Assembly: GCA_012295275.1 (NCBI GenBank)
Contig: CM022667.1
Span: 15,996,001 to 16,060,000, forward strand
Direction of reading: 5' to 3'
Source of the DNA: Chrysomallon squamiferum
Lineage: Eukaryota > Animalia > Mollusca
Length of the DNA: 64,000 nt
Part shown: piece by piece, positions 48,581 to 64,000 of the stretch
Layout of the letters: every line of letters starts with the position of its first letter
Position numbering within the stretch: position 1 is the first letter of the stretch
Notes under the pieces: model-generated
Seen by the model: the letters and a program-made list of their open reading frames with translations, nothing else
The model's database searches: none
Told to the model about the DNA's origin: nothing
Program-made: the position numbers and the translations under genes

Positions 48581-49145
48581 TAAAAAATATACGAAAAACT
48601 AGATACATGTAAACAGACTAATAATAACATATTTGAAAAAACTGTTTTCTAGAAATGTTTCTGAATACAAAGATGTGCGTGTATGTGTGTGTGCGCCCGA
48701 TCGTCTGTAAAATTAAGCAGTAAAAAAAAAATAAACATCGAGTTTTATAGAATAAAAGCACAAAACTAAAATATCAGTGAAAAGCATATTTATTATAACA
48801 AATATAACAAAGCATAATATGTATACAAGTAAGAAAAACAAAAACAAAGTATAAACTTTCGGAATAACTCGTGTTTTACAGCCTATCGTAGTCTTCCGAA
48901 TAAAGAGAACGATTCATAACCTTACAGAGCTAGACATGGAAACCAAAACAACTCGTTTTAATAGAAATAGTAAGTTATGAGGTAAATTACGGATAACTCA
49001 TATTTAGAAAAATTTGGTTTCATTTAATTGAGGATATGATTTACAAACATTAATTGAGGGATAGCAATGTTCTGAAAAATATCCTGAACTCGCCATTATT
49101 GACGTTCGGAATATTCCGGAAGAAGACAAGTATGTAAAGTGACTG

Positions 49146-49358
49146 AAATAAAAGAAGAATTTAAAAATATATGAGTAAAATGATAAGGTTTATTACCTTT
49201 CAATCATAAATTATTATACTGTACAAATTAGTATAACGAAAGTTCTATAAATAAAAGAAGAATTTAAAAATATATGAGTAAAATGATAAGGTTTATTACC
49301 TTTCAATCATAAATTATTATACTGTACAAATTAGTATAACGAAAGTTCTATAAATAAA
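49146..49358. repeat. Exact 103-bp tandem duplication
   Basis: AAATAAAAGAAGAATTTAAAAATATATGAGTAAAATGATAAGG...GAAAGTTCTAT is repeated with period 103. Confidence 0.9.
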
Positions 49359-49520
49359 ACAAATTTGAAAAGACAAAGAAAAAAGATAACAGATAGAGCT
49401 GAATAATTTCATGAAATGATTGCGGAAGAGACTTTCTACATTTTTTCAGTCATTAAAATAAAAAAGAACGAAAAATAGATAATATAAATATATAATAAAC
49501 TAAATTATTAATTTATTTAT

Positions 49521-49610
<90 letters not shown>

Positions 49611-50720
49611 GCCAGTAAACGAAATAATGAGGAACCACCATTAAATAAAATTTAGTATTTTCTTCTACACTTATATACTGACCTACAGTCTACCAGCCAA
49701 TCTCTGTATCTACCTACCTATCTCCCTCACTAAAAATCTATTTAATTACTATATAAATAACTGCATATTAATCTATTTTTCTACCAGTCTCCATATTTCC
49801 ACAAAGAAGGACATTTTGAAAACAATTTTGATACACATTTTTAACCTAAATAAAACATGTTTAATGTGCAAAAAAAATACACGTACTTAGAAGTGTTGAT
49901 AAGACTAATATCACTATAATGTAATGGGGGCTATTTGGTGGTTTTTAATTTTTTTTTCCCAAAATGTAACAATTATTTAAAAAAAAAAAAAAAAACAAAC
50001 ATAACAACCCCCCAGTATATGTCACATACATGTTTCATGCGTTCATACAGCATAAATAAAGAATTTGAAAAACCCAAACCAAAAAACCCCCAAAACCAAA
50101 CAGACACACACAACCAGTATTCATTTTTAAACCTGCTGGAACAAAAACCTCTCCAAAAGAAGGAAAAATTAACGTCGTGGTTGAGGCAGCGCAGACCTGT
50201 GACAGATTCCTCAAAAGCAGGACGTGTGAGATTCCTCAAAAGCAGGACGTCTGGTCAGAGTGTCTGTTTATCACTATTCATGTCATTTTGTATGTTATTT
50301 TATCTAACTTCTCCCTATCAGTCTATCTATCCATTCACTCTTCCCTTTATGTGATACTCCATATTTTAAGAATAGTTATTAATCGACAAGCTAAAAGCAG
50401 CCTCAAGCACTAGTATGACATCTTTATTATTTTGCTAGCAAAATGTCGAAAAGAGCTGTTTTTTTATTCCAGAACATAAAAATCTTTAAATTGCAAATTG
50501 AACAAACTGTGCTTAATAAACAATAATTATTGCTGGCAATATTGAAAAATAGTAAGAAAAGATAAAAATAAAATATCTGTATTTTGAAAAAAAAAAAAAA
50601 AAAAAAATAAAAATCATAATAAAAAATAAAATAAAATAAAAAATATGAAAACTGAATCGTTTCAGTAATGCTTAAGAATTATAATAACGTAACAGCCATG
50701 GTCCTGAAAGCGGAAGTACG

Positions 50721-54677
<3,957 letters not shown>

Positions 54678-56069
54678 GGTACTGATACAGAATCAGCGTT
54701 CATCTGAAAATGAAGAAAATTAAACATCAGTAATTTAATGATAATAATGAAGCCATCACATATACTTCCTGACTACTAAAGTTTATGTTAATAAAAATTA
54801 TTTGTTACTAATATCTGCCGCTAATGTATGCCCCCAAAAATTATTCCTTCTTTTAACAAAAAACAACAACAAAGAATGACGACCTTGAAATATTTCTAAC
54901 GAGAAGGAGAGTATCATTTGACAAAATTGTCTGAACTTAATTCTGAGCACAAGAACAAAGCACAAGCCTGAACTTTAGCTAGAACTGCATGTGCTATTCA
55001 TTTATTTCTTACACTTATAAATTTATAGTACATATTCTAATTCTGATTTGCTGTTGGTAGGCTATCCACTGATTATGTTCCAAAACAGTTCCTTATGTTA
55101 CACATTTAGGTGTTTTTGACTCATGCATGGCTAAAGTAGGCTTGCTGTGGTCAAACATTATTCAAGGGCAGTCTATATGTGGGAAAAAGTAAAGAGTAAT
55201 ATGACAAAACCTTACCTGCGTCCCCTGAAATTGTACAAACCTTCATGTTGTTTATCCAAATCTACGTATGCTTGCTAAAGACCGGATGATTAATTTTGCT
55301 GTTATCATGAAATTAATTAAAGGTAAATAATGCAGTGCGCTGTTAGCTGATACGCAACAAAAAAGCTGGGAAATAAAATAAATGAGGCCTGACTCAACCG
55401 CACTGAAAGAAGGGGGAAAAATAATAATAATAAAACCCGGAAAAAACAGTAAAAAAAAAAGTTCAATGAAGTAAATGTTTCTAAAGTAATATTTTATTAA
55501 TACATCTAAATGAAGCATAAACCAACAACAAGGTCGATACAAGTATAATAATAACAGTAACAATAATAAAAATAAAAAACCCACAACAACAACACAAAAC
55601 TCCCCTAAAAAACAAACATAAAATACATATAAAAAAAATAAAAATAAAAAAAGGTTTTAGCACAAAAAGAAAAAAAAAGGAAAAATAAGCGCAGCAAATA
55701 AAACAAAACATAAAACAAAACCGAAACAAAAACAAACAAGAAACATAAAGCGTAATGACTAAAGATAATATTTTTATTTGGTTATTGTTGTTTGTTATAA
55801 CGGGACAAAAGAAACTGGGTACTGTACGTTTTCATTTACCTCTATATAGACTCTTTTTATGGCCATACAAGCGTACCGAAGGTAATTTAAACCAGGTGAG
55901 TCATACGTACTCTCGTTAAGTTGGCAATTCGAAACCGTGGCAGGTTTTAAAATAATTTGTCGTGTACCGGTAAAAGACTATTCAATTTCACACATGTAGT
56001 AGGCGTCAGCTTGTGAATAATCACTTTATTTAATATTTAACTATGTCGTACGTCATATCTCCATCAATC

Positions 56070-56627
<558 letters not shown>

Positions 56628-56749
56628 GTATCAAACACTGCGCAACACCATAAGACACTTTGATATAGAGAAACAGGTACATATTTAAATAAGTAGTTCA
56701 TTTGTTTTAACCACAAAAATGAATAATTAAATTATTAAAAGTTATGCAG

Positions 56750-56795
<46 letters not shown>

Positions 56796-57234
56796 ATGTA
56801 TGTATGAATGCATGTAGTTATGTATGTATCTTTGTATGTTTGTATTACTTTCTGATTCTTTATAATTATTTTGATTGTTTTAGGTAAGTATTGTTATTTA
56901 TCAGATGACTTTTTAGTTTTTTCCTAGATTATTTTGCATAGCTGTTTTGCAGTTGGATATCGTAATATAATCCGGTTTACTCATCAATAATCAACGACAT
57001 AATGTTTGTATACGTCTATGTGAATGCGTGTGAACATACGCATATAACTACACAGCTCTATATAACTATATATAAAATATATTTCCATTAAAACAGCAAA
57101 AACACTAATGGCAAGTTTCAAACTGTACTGTTATTTCACGCATATTATTAGTTATAGTGCATGATGCATAAAATTATTAGGTTTTGAACCATAAGAGATC
57201 AAATAACAGAATATTAAGAGAAAAAACAAAACGA

Positions 57235-57365
57235 ACTTACTCTACAGCAACTTCCCCATAGTAAGCAGGTTTACCGGCTTCAGAATTGCTGTGCACTGGT
57301 TTTTTGTACTTCAGCGTGAGTTAATGTGATATAAACTGCACACCATTGTCCCTGACGTATATAAT
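57235..57365 (-). promoter_or_regulatory. Putative promoter and 5'UTR exon of the CAP gene
   Basis: TATA-like TTATATAC next to a CRE half-site at ~57355; donor GTAGA|GTAAGT after 57241; a further donor CAG|GTAAGG after 55216; CDS-exon acceptor at 54703. Confidence 0.35.
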
Positions 57366-57990
57366 GATTTGCACACATACAAAAAAAACACACACACTCT
57401 TCTCCGTGTACCAGAAAACAATTGAAGCGTAAAACCTGATAAAATATACCCACGGAAATCACAGCAATGTCTCTAAAACTATCAGTCCCCTAGCCTGAAA
57501 AATCAAACTCGTGTATATTTCACTCCCTCTTATTTTATTATTTATTTTTATTTTTTACCTCCTTTTCTGACTAGATTTATGTTTAAAAACCGTTTCATTG
57601 TTTTCCTTAAGAAAGACAAGACCACGACAATACTAAATAAAAGATAAACGACATGAAACGTAATCTTGGTTTACGTTTAATTTACGACTGCGGCTTGACA
57701 CCCAAGACAGATAACTAATGCATGTCTCTAATGGCAGAGAATTGTTGCTGGAAGCTATAATTTTAACGGCCGCTTACGTCGAATTATTTCCAGGTTTGAC
57801 TATTCTGTTTATGTTAACAATTTGCAAGTGTCCTGCCCATAGCTTAATAGAAAATATTTGAAATGCTGACAGATTTATTTGATTCGTTGTTGTTCCTGCT
57901 TCTTCTTTTCTTACCCCTGTTTTAATTGTTACTGATTGCTACTGTTATTTTTAGGGTTGTTGTTGTTGTTTGGGTTATTTGTTCTTGTTG

Positions 57991-58025
<35 letters not shown>

Positions 58026-58571
58026 TTTATTATTGTTTTTATTATGACTGTTTTTTCGTTGTTCTTTTGCTTTTACGTCATGTACAAAAAATATCTATAA
58101 CAGAACATTTAGAGTCAACTCCTCTTGTTTTAACGTTACTTGATATGAGAGAGAGAGAAAAAAAAAAAATTCAAATTTATTTTGTTGTTTGTTGGTGACA
58201 TGAACGAACTCCAGTGCACCAGGCAATGTTAAGAGAAAAGTGGAACAACGCTACATAACTTAGCGTTATTGTTGAATCAGAGCTCTACGACTAATACATC
58301 AAGTATTTCTAGGCCTGTATACATTCTTTTCATGTCTCTTGGAATTGCATATTATTAAAAAAAAAAAAAAAAAAGGTAAATCGTCTTAATAAGCTCCGTT
58401 GCTTAAAATCTTAATAGTAGATAAAACCATGGATGTAGCGCGTGTTCTTGAAGTGTACCTGTGCTGGTCAAATAAAATTATTTAAATTTCTAGCTGGTTA
58501 TTTTATAGTTTTTTGTTTTGTTTTTTATATTATTATCTTTCATAACTTTTTCCGAGAACATGGATAGTACT

Positions 58572-58720
58572 GTTAAAAAACACAAGGACGCCGCCATTTT
58601 ACGTCTGGAGTTGTGACGTCATTACACAGCTTATTTGTTTATATAAGTTATATTATAATAACGCTAAAGAAAGTGCAGATGACGTCACGACTACATAATT
58701 ATGTGGCGCCCTATTTTAAC
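58572..58720. promoter_or_regulatory. Imperfect inverted repeat carrying two full CRE sites and a YY1-type motif (regulatory element or old MITE)
   Basis: TGACGTCA at 58614 and 58680; GCCGCCATTTT at 58590; the arms align as GTTAAAA..GG.CGCC.C..T..TG.AGT.GTGACGTCAT..CAC. Confidence 0.5.
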
Positions 58721-60852
58721 TGAAGAGCAAATATCAGAACATGGACTGAAAATATGCACAATATACTGTAACTATTTGTGCTTCATCATCAGACACATTT
58801 TAATACTGTCACTACTAGAAATTCAGTAATGAGATATCTAGGTGTTAACAGAGATGTATTAAAGTTCTTTGTGTGTGTGTGTGTGTGCGATTTGTGTGTG
58901 TATGAATTTATATTTAAATAATACTAAATGAACGGTAAGGATAATTAACTGAGCAGTCTAAAGTTTATTTTATTATCTAACGTTAAAGAAAGTTACTGTT
59001 AATAACGCAGAACAGACTCATTCTGACAGGTTTCTTTGTTCTGATAAACTATAATGCTACTTCATGACTTCAGTTAGTTACGACAGACCTTTTTCTGTAT
59101 ACTATAAATAGTATGCTAAACTTTTTATTTTATTTTATAAAGAATATGAAAAGCAGAAAAATTACAAATGAATAAACTTAAAAAGCCTTGCCTCCACTTA
59201 ACTGCACATAGATAAATAAATAATAAATTTCACACATTCAAAAGGAAATAGCTTTTTTCAAATTACATTTTAGCTATATTCTAGCAAATAACCAAACCCA
59301 GTTAAATTTTAGTTCTAGTTAAATATATTAATATTAGTAGTTTTAACTGGACTAGTCTATGTGTACATTTACTGAACTACCTCCAGTGCAGCCTGCATTA
59401 TATTACTGGTGTATACAAAAGAAAATAATTATGTGCATTCAAATCTGCATACAACTGACAGCTTCAGGTATTATTATACAAATCTCAAATCTAACAATTA
59501 AAGTGATATTCAGTTACATTTATAATTACTAGTTAGTCCTTTTGGCATTGGTTGTTGTATGGAGGTGAAACAAATATCTTTCAGCTGTCTGTAGCCTGTA
59601 ACATGAACCCGGCTCAGAAGAAGCCACTTGAAATCCATCACCACAACCTCACTCACTGTCCTTTCAAGGCATTTTGGGTTTCATTTTTCATCCAGTGTCC
59701 TTGTATTACATGATTTCATCATTTTGTCTTAACTTGTGTTTTTCTTTTCTTTTCTAATTAACTTTTGGTGATGATTATTAATAAATAAATAATAATCACT
59801 AACACAAAAAATCAGTATATTTTCTAATGAATTGAGAAATCTCAATTCTTCTAAAAATGAAAAAATTGCAAATGAATTATTCTTAACATGTGTGTCAAAT
59901 AGCATGAGTTGACTGACTAAATATATTTTGTATTTTTTAAAGTTGTTTTGGATTTGAAAACCAGTATTTGATAATAATAATATAAGATGTGTGTGTGTGT
60001 GTGTGTGTGTCTGTATGTATATAGGATGGCATTTTCCATTTCTTCATTGTGTCATTTCCAAAATGCTTTGAGGTTACAACTCAAAACTAATTTCACAACC
60101 TGAATACATCGATCTGAACTTTTTTCCACACTTAAATAACAGTTATAAAACAGAAAAAAATAAAATATAAGTCATTCTGTTTACTTTATATTGTCAAGTG
60201 CTTATTAATGTACTGTCATACATTATTATTAATTAATATATTGGTTGACAATAACAACAAAACAATCATTTGTACACATAAAAAATAATGTATTATCATA
60301 ACAATTACAGTTGTTTTGTTAATTAATCTCCAAGGTAAATTATTTTATTTTTATTTTTTTCAAATTTACTCAGGATATTTTCCCATTATATATCAGTTGA
60401 TCAGAATTTAAACTTACACTAATAAGTGATTAATCACGAAATGTTAGTTTGGAATGTTTGCAGTTGATGGTCCTCTTGGGACTGAATGAGACAGCACTTG
60501 TATATTATTAAAAATCTGATGGCATACTGGAGATCCATGTCTGCATCATATTAAAAAATAATGAAACAGAATAACATCACAAAGTGAATTTAATAAAAGT
60601 TACATTATGCTTTTGTTACTCATTTTTCTTTTCCATTCTTCTTAAACCATTTACATACTACCATTTTGGTTTCCCACTTTCTTTTTTTCAGATACAAACT
60701 TAACTTCATTTTCTTACACAAATCTGTTTTACTTAGGATGATTTGTTCATGAATATGTATGAGATAAATACATGAGGTATGGAATATGTGCGTGTCATTT
60801 TGGCACATCTGCAATTTAAAAAACCCCAGACAGAATGCCTAAAATTATGTTT

Positions 60853-61185
60853 CTAGTCAGTCCTTCTTAAACGTGTGCGAGTTGAAAGAGGCCTGTTTTT
60901 AGGTGGTTCCGTATCATTTTTTCCTAGAAGCTCGCGGACAAACTTGAATCTGCTGAGGAAAAGTTTCCAAACAATGTACCATCCTGTCAGGAAAAACAAA
61001 AAGAGAAAAAAGCATATAAGTAAGTAAGTAAATAAAATAAAATAAAATAAACAACAACAAAAAGAAAAACAAATAGTGTTAAAATATTTATGTAAATAAA
61101 AATTAATAATGAAGAAAAAATAACAAAACCATGAAATAATTAAATAATAAAACCGCACAATTAAAATAACTAACAAAAAAGGATG

Positions 61186-61253
<68 letters not shown>

Positions 61254-61803
61254 AATAAATAAAATGATTTTTAATTTGATTAAATTATAGTGATTTTTTG
61301 TTGTTGTGTAGTATATACATACTTTTTATTCACTGATATACTAAGTATACTGTTTTGTTCATTTCTTTGAAAATATAACAAACTTCTTAAATTTAACAGC
61401 AATATTTTGGTATTTCCCCCCCCCACCAATCCCTTAAATGCAAATTGAAATTCAAATTGGTAACAAATTACACCACAAAACACATTAAATTTTATGTTGT
61501 TCCTTAATATTAGATACCTAATCCTATTTATTAATACATAAAGCAGTTTCCCATTATTCTCTAAATAAATTTAAATAGTAAGATGATCGGAAGCTGTAAA
61601 AAGTGTAATTATAATTATTTCGTTGATCACTGATGAATATGCCGGACAATTACGATATTCAATGCCAAAACAGCTATGCAAAATAATCTAGGATAAAATT
61701 AAAATTCAACTGATAAACAATAATACTTACCTAAAACAATAAAAATAATAACAAAGAACAAAGAAGCAATAAGAGAGAAGAAAGAAAGAACGAAATTATC
61801 CAT
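60853..61803 (-). CDS. SMIM13: Small integral membrane protein 13 (DUF4750), 67 aa
   Basis: Exons 61803-61731 and 60983-60853. Translation: MDNFVLSFFSLIASLFFVIIFIVLGWYIVWKLFLSRFKFVRELLGKNDTEPPKNRPLSTRTRLRRTD*. It matches the recalled family motif GWYFVWHLFLSKFKFLREL. Confidence 0.9.
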
Positions 61804-62982
61804 CAAAACAGCTTATCTACATGACTTATTTCCCTTTGATAAAGGGTTACGTCTAAAGTGTGAATCAGTTAGTTCTTTAGTACAATCCTCCATGTTACTG
61901 AAGCACCACTGGTATTTAGTTTTAGAATTAACTGTAGTGCGTTCAAATCAGATAAAATATATTTAATAAACGATACAAGGAATTAAATTAACTTTTATTA
62001 AAGAAAATGTATTTGTATAACATTGTAAATACTATAACTGATAATGATCAATAATGTTTGTAGAAATAGCTATAGTGATAGCAGTATTGTTGTTATTGCA
62101 GTAGTAGTCAATTGTTTTTGTTTTCGTGGCAGTAGTAGTAACTGTCGTAAAAGAGTGGTATTTGCAACCGCAGTAATGGTTGCAAAGCAGTAGCGGTGTT
62201 AGTGGTAGTTGTGCTGATAGCTGTAATACCAGTAGTTGTAGTTGTACTAATGGAAGTAGTTACAGAAGTAGTGATATCTGTAGCAGCAATAGTAGTTGTT
62301 GTCATAGTTCCAGCAATATGTATGTGTGTGTCTGTGCGTCTCTCTGTTTGTGTGTGTGTGTGTGTGACAAAACAAAACAACAACAATAAAAATAACCTCA
62401 AAACACGCATAAATAATTAAGCTCTTGTATACGCACACAGAACGAACCAAATTCCAGAAACAAAACAAGATTTTAATCCATTATGAATTTGATGTTTGTT
62501 AATGGCATAAATAATACACATACAACTCATTAATTCCCTTTCTGATTATACATGTGCTTAAGTAAACATGTTACAAAAAAAAAAAAAAAAAAAATATATA
62601 TATATAAATTCTTTTGTCGTATCACCTTTACTTATTGAAATGCATGGCAACACATCAGTATTATCTATTTTTGTCATTTCTCGTTTAATCCTCATAAATA
62701 GTTTCCATGGCATATGCAGCTCATAATTACTTGGGAATATTGTAGAAACACATAGCAACTATGGATTTTAAGATAACAAATAATGGTCAGTGTTCTGTTA
62801 AAAACACTGTCGTAGAGGCGTATTCAGATTTACATATATGTGGTTACTTAGGTGGATATTCATAATTATTTCAGAAAAATATTACCTGTCACCGTTTTAT
62901 CTACCATGAAGGCATTTATATTAGGCAAAAATCAACTGATTACTTCCCATTATGAGCTTTATAATTTTCAGTAGGAATGTCA

Positions 62983-63022
<40 letters not shown>

Positions 63023-63665
63023 CACTTAAAAGAAATGTCTTAATTTTTGCGTCTGACCATTTGCTGTATGACTATGAAAATAAAACATAACACTTGCAAA
63101 AAACAATAAGTTAAATAAAATAAAATAATAATAATAATAATAATAATAATATATTCTCGATTTTTTTTTTTTTAGATTCTAGCCATCACACACCCCCCAC
63201 ACATACATAATACATAATAATAATATACACACATATATATTCTTAGATTTTTTAGATTTTTCGGTTACAGGAAATGTCCTTTAGGTCAAATGTGAAGATA
63301 TATGACACATTTATCTTCAGTTATAATAATATTAAATATTCTTAGAAACATAATGATTATGTTTACGTTGGCTTAATGATTTTTGAAAAATAATAATGTT
63401 TTGTCCTTTTATTACAAATATAATTATGCTTTATGATTTTGAAAAATAATACTGTTATAGCATATATATTAACCTATTTTGAAAAATTAATGAACACAAG
63501 TATTAACGTTCATATTATGCTGTCTAATCAGACTTCCTCTATCTTTTAACTCCGTTGAAGAAAACATAATTGCAGTTATTTATTTGCTAAATAAGAAAAT
63601 AAATGTATTTTTTGTTATTTTATGTATTGTTTTTAGATTTCTGTTTCTGTTATGAAATGGCTGTT

Positions 63666-63754
<89 letters not shown>

Positions 63755-64000
63755 AATAAAAAACAATAATGACGCTCAGTACTCTTTTCCCCATGAAACC
63801 TCAAAAAAAAAAAAAAAAAAAAAAAAAAAAGAAAGAAAAAAATATAAATGAGGAATATCTCTTCAAACTAATGACCTATTACGTACAAATGTAATCTTAA
63901 ATAAATAAATACAAAAAAAAAAACCAAAAAAAATAACAAAAAAAAAAAAGAACTAACATACTAAAAACTCAGTATAAAACAAATGAGTCGAACACATTTG

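Noticed and set aside
60418-60540. Exon-like block downstream of the SMIM13 stop
   Set aside because: All three minus frames contain stops; at most 3' UTR sequence.

Overview
AT-rich, microsatellite-laden animal genomic DNA with GT-AG introns. A gastropod mollusc is my inference, from a recalled SINE-like repeat. Exons were assembled by hand from splice sites and frame. Genes: (1) the 3' WD40 half of NSMAF/FAN (+, 12 exons, 211-5091); (2) a 178-aa plasmolipin/CMTM-like MARVEL gene (+, 27729-30307); (3) a convergent paralogous MARVEL gene (-) with the same intron positions; (4) a GLIPR1-like CAP gene (-, 54677-50721); (5) SMIM13 (-, 61803-60853). The main observation concerns gene 3. The apparently stand-alone 530-aa ORF (46348-44756) is homologous to the large N-terminal exon of that gene and ends at an equivalent phase-2 donor (NYK-AG|GT vs NYE-AG|GT). 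The locus may therefore splice two alternative, paralogous ~530-aa disordered N-termini onto one shared MARVEL module (~813 and ~810 aa). That gene needs two single-base insertions in homopolymers, probably assembly errors. Also present: tandem duplications straddling splice sites, candidate recursive splice points, a hAT MITE, SINE copies, a 29-bp hairpin and sharp CpG-rich/CpG-poor domains. Most short ORFs in the track are microsatellite artefacts.
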